In this document: positions 9,198-17,607 of the stretch, piece after piece
Layout: each line of letters opens with the position of its first letter
Position numbering within the stretch: position 1 is the stretch's first letter
Origin: Candidatus Onthoplasma sp.
GTDB lineage: Bacteria > Bacillota > Clostridia > Christensenellales > UBA1242
DNA length: 51,991 bases
Direction: 5' to 3'
NCBI GenBank assembly: GCA_050874685.1
Contig: JBNMLD010000001.1
Coordinates: 1-51,991 of the forward strand
Notes under the pieces: model-generated
Told to the model about the DNA's origin: nothing
What the model saw: only the letters and a program-made list of their open reading frames with translations
The model's database searches: none
Program-made: the position numbers and the translations under genes

Positions 9198-9253
9198 ATT
9201 AACAGAAATCAAAATTCAGTTGCTCGATAACAATAGCCATTATTATTAGCAAT

Positions 9254-9290
9254 AAAAAAGCCTACTTTAAAAGTAGGTTTTTCTTTTTTT
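9254..9290. terminator. bidirectional terminator between convergent genes
   Basis: CCTACTT (9261-9267) / AAGTAGG (9271-9277), A-run before and T-run after. Confidence 0.6.
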
Positions 9291-9304
9291 ATATTTATTA
9301 GATT

Positions 9305-9847
9305 TTAATAGAACATACTTGCAACACGGTTTACATTTTGAGAAAGGTAAATTTCATTTTTAATGTGATATGAACTGTTAAAGCACCAAAGTGTAAAGGC
9401 AAAAATCATAGGCAAGTAAAATGAAATGGTGTTGTAGTAAACAATTTCCAAGATAGAGTAGGTTATGCTTGCAACAAGCAATAATAATGCAATAACAGCA
9501 AGCAAACTTGTGATAAAACTATATAAATTGATAAAACTACGTTTTTCAATATTAAAGACAAAATTTGCCTTATTTACTGATTTGCCACGATGCTTAATTT
9601 TTTCCAATATACGCATATCTTTAAGTGCGTAAACGATTGAAACAAAGCCAAACATTACACTAAACAGCATGGTAACACAACTCAAAATTATCATAAGGGT
9701 GGTTGCATCGCCAGGGGTAACAATCAGCATAACCAGTTGCCAAACAAATGCCGCAACAAACATAAAGGCAAACAAAACACGTAGTCTAAAGTCCTTTTTC
9801 AGTGTTGGAACATCTTTGTCCATAAACTCTAATCTATCAGATTTCAT
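9305..9847 (-). CDS. hypothetical membrane protein (about 4 TM segments)
   Basis: ORF with four long hydrophobic stretches. No clear RBS at ATG 9847; ATG 9823 is an alternative start. Confidence 0.5.
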   Translation of the reverse strand: MKSDRLEFMDKDVPTLKKDFRLRVLFAFMFVAAFVWQLVMLIVTPGDATTLMIILSCVTMLFSVMFGFVSIVYALKDMRILEKIKHRGKSVNKANFVFNIEKRSFINLYSFITSLLAVIALLLLVASITYSILEIVYYNTISFYLPMIFAFTLWCFNSSYHIKNEIYLSQNVNRVASMFY

Positions 9848-9971
9848 ATAAATATGATAAAATAAATAAAATCATAAGTCAAACAAAAACAAATCTTTTT
9901 TATTTTAAAATAATTTGTGGCAGATAACTGAAAACTGGTTTGAATTTTTTAATATAAATCCTTATTAAAAT

Positions 9972-11000
9972 TTATAAGAACAAAAGGCTTAATGGTATTG
10001 AAATAACAAAAGCCAACAAGCCTTGTGTTAATTTTTGCAAAAACACATAACTTGATTTTATCTTCAATTTGTTTAAAAACGAAATTGATTGCATCAAAAT
10101 GCTTATACCGCCAAAGCCAATCAAGCCAGAAGCGAACATAACTTTAAACTTTAGGGCAATGCTACAATTGTTTAAATCAATTATGCCACGTGTAATTTCA
10201 AAACCACCTGTTATAACAGATTGAACTAAATTGTTATCAACACCTATTAATTTTGATATCGGCAAACTTAAAAATGACAAAATATGCGTATTTTTAAGCA
10301 CATCAATCAATAAAAATGCCAAAATCATAAACCCACCAACCATTAATATTGATATCAGTGAATCATAAACACAATCAGATAATATATTTGTTTGTTCATT
10401 AGGTTTTAACACAACTTCTTGTTTGTTTAAATCTGGTCTTTTCCCACGATAAATTAAACCATTAATCAGGCTTGCAATTAAGTTTGACAAAAGTAATATA
10501 ACACCAGCTTTGTAACTGTTAAATATTGCAACTCCAACCGTACCAATCATAAACATAGGTCCACTTATAGAGCAAAATGCCAACATTTTTTTTGCGTCTT
10601 GCTGTGTGTAAATGCCACGGTCAAACATATCGCAAATAAGTTTTGCCCCCATTGGATAGCCGGAAATGGCAGAAAGAAGAAAAATTGTTGAACTTGTTTG
10701 TGGTGTGTTGTAAACTTTAAAAAATAACTTGTCCAATTTTGTTTGTCGGGGTTCAATCATGGCAACAATTATTTTTGTAAATATAAAAAACGGCAACAGA
10801 ACAGGCAAAACTTTAAAAGACCAAACTGAAATTGCATTCAGGCATGATTTATTGTAAAGTGCTGGGTTTGAAATAAAAATAATGCAAACCACAAGCAAAA
10901 CTGCAATGATAAGTTTGTGACCGTATTTAAATTTTGCTTTGGTGGCGGTTTGTGATTTATTTGCTTTTAGTAATTTTATCATATATAATATATTCAACAA
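9972..11000 (-). CDS. ylbJ: YlbJ-family nucleoside-recognition (Gate) domain membrane protein
   Basis: LPVLLPFFIF, SGYPMGAKL, ILMVGGFMILAFL and GGFEITRG parallel B. subtilis YlbJ motifs. Start uncertain (TTG 11000 or ATG 10982). Confidence 0.8.
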   Translation of the reverse strand: MLNILYMIKLLKANKSQTATKAKFKYGHKLIIAVLLVVCIIFISNPALYNKSCLNAISVWSFKVLPVLLPFFIFTKIIVAMIEPRQTKLDKLFFKVYNTPQTSSTIFLLSAISGYPMGAKLICDMFDRGIYTQQDAKKMLAFCSISGPMFMIGTVGVAIFNSYKAGVILLLSNLIASLINGLIYRGKRPDLNKQEVVLKPNEQTNILSDCVYDSLISILMVGGFMILAFLLIDVLKNTHILSFLSLPISKLIGVDNNLVQSVITGGFEITRGIIDLNNCSIALKFKVMFASGLIGFGGISILMQSISFLNKLKIKSSYVFLQKLTQGLLAFVISIPLSLLFL

Positions 11001-11036
11001 AAAGGCAAATCTTGCCTGTGTTAATAAAGGGGTAAT

Positions 11037-11873
11037 GTGAAAAAATTAGCATTGGTATTAAGCGGTGGTGCAGCAAAAGGTTATGCACATATCGGGGTAA
11101 TAAAAGTTTTAGAAAAATATAATATTAAACCTGACCTTATTGTCGGCACATCAATGGGCTCGTTGGTTGGTGGTATGTATGCAAGTGGCAAAACCTGCGA
11201 TGAACTTGTCAAAATTGCAAGAGATTTTAACAGTCTTGGCAATTTTTCAATTACAAATACACTTTTCCGTGGACATTTGTTGGATACAAGGAAGGTTGAT
11301 AAACTTTTGAAAAGTGAATTGGGCGATTTTAAGGCGGAAGATTGCAAAATACCTTTTGTTTCAGTTGCAACAGATATCACACGTGGCAAAGAAGCACATT
11401 TAACAACTGGTTTATTGCGAGATAATATTCGTGCCAGCATAACCATACCTGGGGTATTTAAAACCACAGAAATAAAAGGCAAGAAATATGTTGACGGCGG
11501 GCTTTGCAACAATCTGCCAGAAAATGTTGCCCATAAACTTATGCCAGATGCGATTATACTTTCAGTTGATTGTATTGGCAAATATGCCGACCAAGTTGAA
11601 AAATTGAAATTTGACACACTTGAAAATGTGCTAAATGCAACCACCATATTGACGCAGAACATAGTAAGATTGAGAAGAAGATATGCCGATTTGCGCATCG
11701 TTATATCACAACCTGACGTAAGCCAAATGGATTTTAAAACCGAGAAGGTAGATTTGTCTGTTTCTTATGGAGAATCGGCAACAGAAAAAAGCATAAATCA
11801 ACTGATTGGTTTGTTGAAAGGGGACGCAAATGAAAATATTAAAACAATTAAGCAATCAAGCAAAGAAAATTAA
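11037..11873 (+). CDS. patatin-like phospholipase
   Basis: GTG start after AAAGGGG. Oxyanion motif SGGAAKG, nucleophile elbow GTSMG, catalytic Asp in YVDGGL. Confidence 0.85.
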   Translation: MKKLALVLSGGAAKGYAHIGVIKVLEKYNIKPDLIVGTSMGSLVGGMYASGKTCDELVKIARDFNSLGNFSITNTLFRGHLLDTRKVDKLLKSELGDFKAEDCKIPFVSVATDITRGKEAHLTTGLLRDNIRASITIPGVFKTTEIKGKKYVDGGLCNNLPENVAHKLMPDAIILSVDCIGKYADQVEKLKFDTLENVLNATTILTQNIVRLRRRYADLRIVISQPDVSQMDFKTEKVDLSVSYGESATEKSINQLIGLLKGDANENIKTIKQSSKEN

Positions 11874-12792
11874 TGCAACAATCATTTTGCCAGAAGCAAA
11901 TGCTGATAACCGTGTGTATGAAGCATGCAAAATCATTTTAAAGCAAAAACTTGCAAAAATTATTGTTTTTGGCAAGGCGGAACAATTTGATAAAACTTTT
12001 AAAGATAAAAATTGTCAAATTATTGATATAGACAGTTACAATAAAACCGATTTTTCAAAACAGTTATTTGAATTAAGGCAACATAAAGGTATGACAAGGC
12101 AAAAAGCAACAGCGCTTGTAAAAAAACCACTATATTTTGCCATGATGTTGTTAAAAAACAATCTTGCAGACGGTTTGGTGGCGGGTGCGTGCAACACAAC
12201 TGCTGATGTGCTTTTGCCAGCACTTCAAATAATAAAGGCAAAGCAAAATAAATCAGTTGTTACTGGAAGCACACTTATGATAAAAAATGATTGCAAGCCA
12301 TTGCTGTTTGGAGATGTTTCATTGATTGAAAATCCAACAACCGACCAATTGGCAGAAATTGCAATTTCAAATGCAGAATTTATGCAAAATGTTATGCACC
12401 TTACACCAAAAGTTGCCTTATTATCATATTCCACTAAGGGAAGCGCAAAAAATGAAATGGTAACAAAAGTTGCAGATGCGGTTAAAATCGCAAACGAAAA
12501 TTCAAACTTTTTGATTGACGGTGAAATGCAAGGGGATAGTGCACTTGACAAATCAACAGCCTATCAAAAAGGTGTCAAATCAGCAGTTGGGGGAGAAGCA
12601 AATGTTTTGATTTTCCCAGATTTAAACGCAGGCAACATTGCTTATAAATTGACTTCACGTTTGGCTGGCTATACTGCCATTGGGCCAATTATGCTAAATT
12701 TCAACAAACCGGTTAATGATTTGAGCCGTGGTTCAACAGTTGAAGAAATTGTAAACACTGTTGTGATAACAAAACTTTTGACTCAATTTTAA
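11830..12792 (+). CDS. pta: phosphate acetyltransferase
   Basis: N-terminal IILPEANADNRV and C-terminal LIFPDLNAGNIAYKL are typical of short-form Pta. AAAGGGG RBS. Overlaps the patatin gene by 44 nt. Confidence 0.9.
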   Translation: MKILKQLSNQAKKINATIILPEANADNRVYEACKIILKQKLAKIIVFGKAEQFDKTFKDKNCQIIDIDSYNKTDFSKQLFELRQHKGMTRQKATALVKKPLYFAMMLLKNNLADGLVAGACNTTADVLLPALQIIKAKQNKSVVTGSTLMIKNDCKPLLFGDVSLIENPTTDQLAEIAISNAEFMQNVMHLTPKVALLSYSTKGSAKNEMVTKVADAVKIANENSNFLIDGEMQGDSALDKSTAYQKGVKSAVGGEANVLIFPDLNAGNIAYKLTSRLAGYTAIGPIMLNFNKPVNDLSRGSTVEEIVNTVVITKLLTQF

Positions 12793-12899
12793 TATTAAAA
12801 ATGCAAAATGACAGAATGTTTAGCAGTGACAGGGTTTTAAAAAGTTGTTAAAAAATTTGAAATTTTTGCTTTTGTTGCATTTTGACCCTTTTAAAATGA

Positions 12900-12928
12900 T
12901 TGTCAAAACAATAAATTTGTGCTAACAT
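12900..12928 (+). promoter_or_regulatory. candidate promoter of ackA
   Basis: TTGTCA, 17 nt, TAACAT, with TGc extended -10. Confidence 0.45.
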
Positions 12929-12959
12929 TTAGTTATATTTAAAGTAAAAGGAAATTTAT

Positions 12960-14150
12960 ATGAAAGTTTTAGTAGTTAATGCTGGTAGTAGCAGTTTAAA
13001 AGCCCAACTTATGGAAACTGAAAATGGCAAAGTTTTTGCCAATGCTTATTGTGAACGTATTGGTCTTGACGGCGCATTTATGACTTATAAATGGGCTGGT
13101 CAAAAAGTTGTTATTGATGCACAAATGCCAACACATAAACAAGCATTTCAATTGTTTTTTGACACATTGACAAGCAAAGAATATGGCGTCATTTCAAGGT
13201 TGAGCGAAATCAAAGCAATTGGTCATCGTGTGGTAAACATGGGTGAAAAATATTGCAAATCTATTGTTGTAACACCAGAAATTTTTGCAGATATGCAAAA
13301 ATGTGTTCAATTTGCACCTTTGCACAACCCAGGTGCTTTAACAGGTTTGCAAGCATGTATGGATTTGATGCCAGGTGTTAAAAACGTAACAGTTTTTGAC
13401 ACAGCATTCCATTCAACAATGCCATCAAAGGCATATATGTATGCTTTGCCTTATGAATATTATGAAAAATATGGTATTCGCAGATACGGTGCACATGGCA
13501 CAAGCCACAAGTATATTGCAAAAAAATGTGCAGAAATTTTGGGCGACCTTAAAGGTAAAAAAGTTATCTCTTGCCACCTTGGTTCTGGTAGCAGTATTTG
13601 TGCAATTATGGACGGCAAATGTGTTGACACATCAATGGGTTACACCCCTCTCGCTGGTGTAGTTATGGGCACACGTACAGGCGATATTGATGCCAGTGTC
13701 GTTACAGGTGTTATGAACGCAACAGGAAAAACCGCTGATGAAGTTATCACAATCTTCAACAAAAAAAGTGGTTTGCTTGGTCTTTCAGGCTATAGTGATA
13801 TGCGTGATATTGAATCTCATCTTGACGAACCAAAAGTTAAACTTGCATTCGACACAATGTGTTATTCAATCAAAAAATATATTGGTGCTTATGCTGCAGC
13901 AATGAATGGTGTTGATGCTATTGTTTTCACAGCAGGCATTGGTGAACATGATGAACTTGTTCGTGAAGCAGTTTGCAAAGATATGGAATATTTGGGTCTT
14001 GAACTTGACACAGAAAAGAATATCAAACTCAACAAACCATTTGACCAAATCGTTGAACTTTCACGTCCAACAAGCAAAGTAAAAATTTATCGTGTTCCAA
14101 CAGATGAAGAATATATGATTGCTTGGGAAACAGCAGAACTTGTTAAATAA
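12960..14150 (+). CDS. ackA: acetate kinase
   Basis: MKVLVVNAGSSSLK, FDTAFH, AHGTSH, HLGSGSS, FTAGIGE. Confidence 0.95.
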   Translation: MKVLVVNAGSSSLKAQLMETENGKVFANAYCERIGLDGAFMTYKWAGQKVVIDAQMPTHKQAFQLFFDTLTSKEYGVISRLSEIKAIGHRVVNMGEKYCKSIVVTPEIFADMQKCVQFAPLHNPGALTGLQACMDLMPGVKNVTVFDTAFHSTMPSKAYMYALPYEYYEKYGIRRYGAHGTSHKYIAKKCAEILGDLKGKKVISCHLGSGSSICAIMDGKCVDTSMGYTPLAGVVMGTRTGDIDASVVTGVMNATGKTADEVITIFNKKSGLLGLSGYSDMRDIESHLDEPKVKLAFDTMCYSIKKYIGAYAAAMNGVDAIVFTAGIGEHDELVREAVCKDMEYLGLELDTEKNIKLNKPFDQIVELSRPTSKVKIYRVPTDEEYMIAWETAELVK

Positions 14151-14176
14151 TTTTAAGTTTATAAAATTTGATACAA

Positions 14177-14227
14177 AGCCAGGGGCAGCGCATTGCTTAA
14201 AATAATATAAGCCTCTGGTTTTTTGCT
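14177..14227 (+). terminator. possible ackA terminator (long loop)
   Basis: AAGCCAGGGGC / GCCTCTGGTTT (two G-U pairs), about 24-nt loop, then a T-run. Confidence 0.4.
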
Positions 14228-14251
14228 GGTTATGGCAAACCTGTTCAAAAT

Positions 14252-14276
14252 AAAAAAACGGCAGTGCGCCGTTTAA
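14252..14276 (-). terminator. terminator of the minus-strand orphan gene
   Basis: AACGGC / GCCGTT stem with a 5-nt loop. On the minus strand it is followed by a run of seven T. Confidence 0.55.
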
Positions 14277-14303
14277 TATAGAATGCAAAATAAGGGCAAA
14301 AAA

Positions 14304-14606
14304 CTAAATATCGTTTGTTATCCTGCTTTTTGTTAAATCTTTAAGCCTATCAATTAAAAATTCAGCATTGTCAACAATCTTTTGAGCTTTAACTTCAACA
14401 TCGTTGGTGGAGTTGTAAACAATGTTCAAACCATTTTTATGAACAATCTCAACAACTTTATTTGTTATTTCATTCAATTTTTCAATCATAATTTCAATTT
14501 CATCGTCAGCCAAGTCATCATAAAAATCACGATTGATTGCTTCCAATTCGTTTGATAAGCGGTTTAATTTATAATTTGTCCTATATTTTGTGCTAATTTG
14601 CTTCAT
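14304..14606 (-). CDS. hypothetical protein (~100 aa), probably translated from a leaderless mRNA
   Basis: The ORF extends to 14711, but ATG 14606 sits 7 nt downstream of a TTGACA-17-TAAATT promoter. Helical, D/E/N-rich; no domain recognised. Confidence 0.5.
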   Translation of the reverse strand: MKQISTKYRTNYKLNRLSNELEAINRDFYDDLADDEIEIMIEKLNEITNKVVEIVHKNGLNIVYNSTNDVEVKAQKIVDNAEFLIDRLKDLTKSRITNDI

Positions 14607-14613
14607 ACCTATC

Positions 14614-14642
14614 AATTTATATTTTTTTAAAAAAGATGTCAA
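14614..14642 (-). promoter_or_regulatory. candidate promoter of the orphan gene 14304-14606
   Basis: Minus strand: TTGACA (14642-14637), 17 nt, TAAATT (14619-14614). ATG begins 7 nt after the -10. Confidence 0.45.
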
Positions 14643-14732
14643 GGAATGAATAAGCAAAAAAACAAAAATTTCAGCAAAATTTTCAAATATCAAAAAATAT
14701 TGTAAAAGCATTAAATTTTGTTAAAATTACGA

Positions 14733-14761
14733 TTGACAAACATAAAAGCATTTGCTATAAT
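14733..14761 (+). promoter_or_regulatory. consensus sigma-A promoter of rpmF
   Basis: TTGACA, 17 nt, TATAAT, with TGc extended -10. Confidence 0.65.
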
Positions 14762-14820
14762 ATGACCATATTTTGTCGAGTGCGATTTTTTGTTGCACGA
14801 ATATTTATGGAGGTATTAAG

Positions 14821-15012
14821 ATGGCTGTTCCAAAGGGAAAAGTTTCAAAAGCACGCAGAGATAAGCGTCGTGCTAACTGGAAAGCAGCAGTTCCAACATT
14901 AGTTGAATGTCCACATTGCCATGAAAAGAAAGTGGCTCACCAAGTTTGCAAAAATTGTGGTTATTATGATGGCGAACAAGCAGTTTCAGTTGATAAGAAA
15001 GAAAGTAAATAG
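14821..15012 (+). CDS. rpmF: 50S ribosomal protein L32 (Zn-ribbon form)
   Basis: Start moved to ATG 14821 (GGAGG RBS). [17 protein letters not shown], plus CPHC and CKNC cysteine pairs. Confidence 0.9.
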   Translation: MAVPKGKVSKARRDKRRANWKAAVPTLVECPHCHEKKVAHQVCKNCGYYDGEQAVSVDKKESK

Positions 15013-15026
15013 TATTTTAAAAAACT

Positions 15027-15048
15027 CCACCAATATGGTGGTTTTTTT
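15027..15048 (+). terminator. rpmF terminator
   Basis: CCACCA / TGGTGG stem followed by a T-run. Confidence 0.7.
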
Positions 15049-15413
15049 ATTGTGATTAACAAAATAAAATATTGGCATCGGCAAATTAATGGGTTTACTA
15101 AAAAAATCTTGAATGTATTATGTTGCAGAAGGGGATTATGTAATATCATTTTTTGTTATCTTTGTTAAAACGTTCGCCAGTTTAACACTCAACCACTTCT
15201 GTTTTGATTAATGGATAAATCAAAGTTTCAGCAGGGTTTACAAATATAAATTAGATGTTGTTTGTGCTGATTCTGCTTATATCTAACAACTAAACAAATT
15301 TGTGGATATTAAGCATAAATAAGTTTGTCAAAAACATACAAAAAGGTTAAAATACAAATATGGATAAAATTATTGAATATTTAAAAGCAAATGAATAAGA
15401 GATACAAAAAATT

Positions 15414-16484
15414 GTGTTAAGTGACACAAAAAGTGAAACAAAAAAAATAATTATTCACAAAACAATTATCAAAAACAAACAGATGTGGCAGATTGAAAAA
15501 TATATTGGCGCACAAGTGTTTCATAGCAATGTTGATTTTGAAAGTGTTTTGGCTTTGCCTTTTTGTGAGTATAAGCAAATCACTGTTGAACAATCATCAA
15601 AAATTGGTATTTTTTCCGCTTCTAAAACCGACTATAAGTTAAAGGAAAAACAAGTTAATAGTCCAGTAAAAAATCAGCAAATCACACATAACAAACAGAA
15701 ACAATATTTTATCAACGAGGGCGATGACGTGCCTGCATTGGTTGATTTGGGCATTTTTACAAAAGAACACAAGATTGTTGCATCAATGTATGATAAATTT
15801 AAGCAAATCAACAAATTTATTGAAATTATTGATAACGAACTTAAAAATTACAATTCAACTGAAATCACGATTCTTGACTTTGGTTGTGGCAAAAGTTATT
15901 TGACATTTTTGGTTTATTATTATTTTGCAAAATTGCGTAATATCAAAGCAAAAATAATTGGTTATGATTTAAAGGCTGATGTTGTTGAACATTGCAATCA
16001 AATCGCCAAAAAATATGGCTATGATGGGCTTGAATTTGTTGTTAGCGATGTTAAAAAAGATAAGTTGTACAACAACAAAATAGATATGGTTATCAGTTTG
16101 CATGCTTGCGACACTGCAACCGATTATGCACTTAATTTTGCAATCAACAATAATGTTAAATATATATTCAGTGTTCCATGTTGTCAACATGAAATCAATT
16201 TAAGCATTTCCAAAGCAGGCGATTTTGATATAATGCTCAAAGATGGGCTGTTTAAAGAAAGATTTTCAGCATTATTAACTGATGCAATTCGCACAGAGAT
16301 TTTGCGTGCAGTAGGGTATTCAGTTGATGTGATAGAGTTTGTTGATTTTGCCCATTCGCCAAAAAATATAATGCTTCGAGCAACAAAAAATAGCACAAAA
16401 AAATCATATCAAACATTGCTTGATTTGCAAAATAAATACAAATTTAATCAAACATTGTTAAGTTTACAATGCAATCAAAAATAG
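15414..16484 (+). CDS. class I SAM-dependent methyltransferase (uncharacterised family); possible N-terminal extension from ATG 15360 interrupted by an in-frame TAA
   Basis: Motif I ILDFGCGKSYL, then SLHACDTATD. The track start is a GTG with a poor RBS. ATG 15360 is in the same frame but separated by TAA 15396-15398. Confidence 0.75.
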   Translation: MLSDTKSETKKIIIHKTIIKNKQMWQIEKYIGAQVFHSNVDFESVLALPFCEYKQITVEQSSKIGIFSASKTDYKLKEKQVNSPVKNQQITHNKQKQYFINEGDDVPALVDLGIFTKEHKIVASMYDKFKQINKFIEIIDNELKNYNSTEITILDFGCGKSYLTFLVYYYFAKLRNIKAKIIGYDLKADVVEHCNQIAKKYGYDGLEFVVSDVKKDKLYNNKIDMVISLHACDTATDYALNFAINNNVKYIFSVPCCQHEINLSISKAGDFDIMLKDGLFKERFSALLTDAIRTEILRAVGYSVDVIEFVDFAHSPKNIMLRATKNSTKKSYQTLLDLQNKYKFNQTLLSLQCNQK

Positions 16485-16502
16485 GCAAACAATCAAAAAG
16501 GT

Positions 16503-16531
16503 TTTACATTTACAAAGAAATTTTGTATAAT
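16503..16531 (+). promoter_or_regulatory. candidate promoter of plsX
   Basis: TTTACA, 17 nt, TATAAT. Confidence 0.45.
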
Positions 16532-16605
16532 AAAGTTATTATGAATAATAAAAGTGCAAAATTTAAGGCAAATTTGCTTAAAATTGGGCATTTAAAAGGA
16601 TTTTT

Positions 16606-17607
16606 ATGAAAATTGTTGTTGATGCTTTTGGTGGAGATTATGCTCCTTATGAAATTGTTGCAGGTGCGGTGAAAGCCTTGCAAGAAAATCAAGATTTGCA
16701 AGTGGTTTTAGTTGGCGATAAGGACCGCATAACAGAAATTTTGCAAGAATTGGTTTTTGTTAGCGATCGTCTTGAAATTGTGCATGCACCAGATGTTGTT
16801 ACAAATGATGATGTGCCAACAGTTGCAATCCGCACAAAAAAGGCTTCTAGCATTGTGGTTGCTTATGACTATTTAAAAACAAATGAAGATGCTGTTGCTT
16901 TGGTTAGTGCTGGTAGCACAGGCGCAACATTAACAGGTGCAGTGTTAAAGTTGGGTAGGGTAAAAAATGTTTCACGTCCAGCATTGGCACCTTTGCTTCC
17001 AACAATCAATGATAGCAGAGTTATGTTGGTTGACTGTGGCGCAAATGCGGATTGTAAACCTGAAAATTTGTTAGATTTTGCAATCATGGGCGATATTTAT
17101 ATGCGTTCAATGGGTATCGAAAATCCTCGTATTGGCTTGCTTAATATCGGCACGGAAGAAGAAAAGGGCGATGAGGTCCACAAACAAGCACATCAACTTT
17201 TAAAATCAGCAAAAATTAATTTTGTTGGCAATATTGAAGCACGTGACGTTTTGCGTGGCAATGTTGATGTTGTTGTGTGCGATGGTTTTTCAGGTAATGT
17301 TTGCTTGAAAGCAATGGAAGGCATAGCAGAAGTTTTATTTAGTGAAATAAAAGATGTTGCAAAATCATCATTCAAGGCAAAAATTGGGGCATTGTTCCTT
17401 AAAAAGAGCCTTAAAGGTTTAAAAACAAAATATGATTATACAAAATGTGGTGGAGCACCATTGTTGGGCGTTAATAAAATTGTGCTTAAATGCCATGGCA
17501 ACAGCAAAGCCCCAATTGTTGCAGACACCATTCAGCAAGCTTATGAACTTGCAAAAAATAAATTAGTTGAAAAGGTAGCAAAAGCAGTTGAAAAAAGCGA
17601 AGAATAG
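16606..17607 (+). CDS. plsX: phosphate acyltransferase PlsX
   Basis: MKIVVDAFGGDYAP, DGFSGNVCLK. Confidence 0.95.
   Translation: MKIVVDAFGGDYAPYEIVAGAVKALQENQDLQVVLVGDKDRITEILQELVFVSDRLEIVHAPDVVTNDDVPTVAIRTKKASSIVVAYDYLKTNEDAVALVSAGSTGATLTGAVLKLGRVKNVSRPALAPLLPTINDSRVMLVDCGANADCKPENLLDFAIMGDIYMRSMGIENPRIGLLNIGTEEEKGDEVHKQAHQLLKSAKINFVGNIEARDVLRGNVDVVVCDGFSGNVCLKAMEGIAEVLFSEIKDVAKSSFKAKIGALFLKKSLKGLKTKYDYTKCGGAPLLGVNKIVLKCHGNSKAPIVADTIQQAYELAKNKLVEKVAKAVEKSEE

Noticed and set aside
11081-11698. 205-aa antisense ORF inside the patatin-like gene. This is long for an AT-rich genome.
   Set aside because: The plus-strand frame carries all three patatin catalytic motifs. The antisense product is low-complexity and Ser/Leu-rich with no RBS. 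Open antisense frames opposite RNY-biased codons are a known artefact.
12793-12959. Search for a cre (CcpA) site upstream of ackA, pta and ppdK.
   Set aside because: No TGWAANCGNTNWCA-like sequence with a central CG was found by eye in the upstream regions, so nothing is reported.
14676-14692. CodY-box-like AATTTTCAAATAT upstream of the orphan gene.
   Set aside because: It matches only about 10 of 15 positions of AATTTTCWGAAAATT. In AT-rich DNA that is not distinguishable from background.
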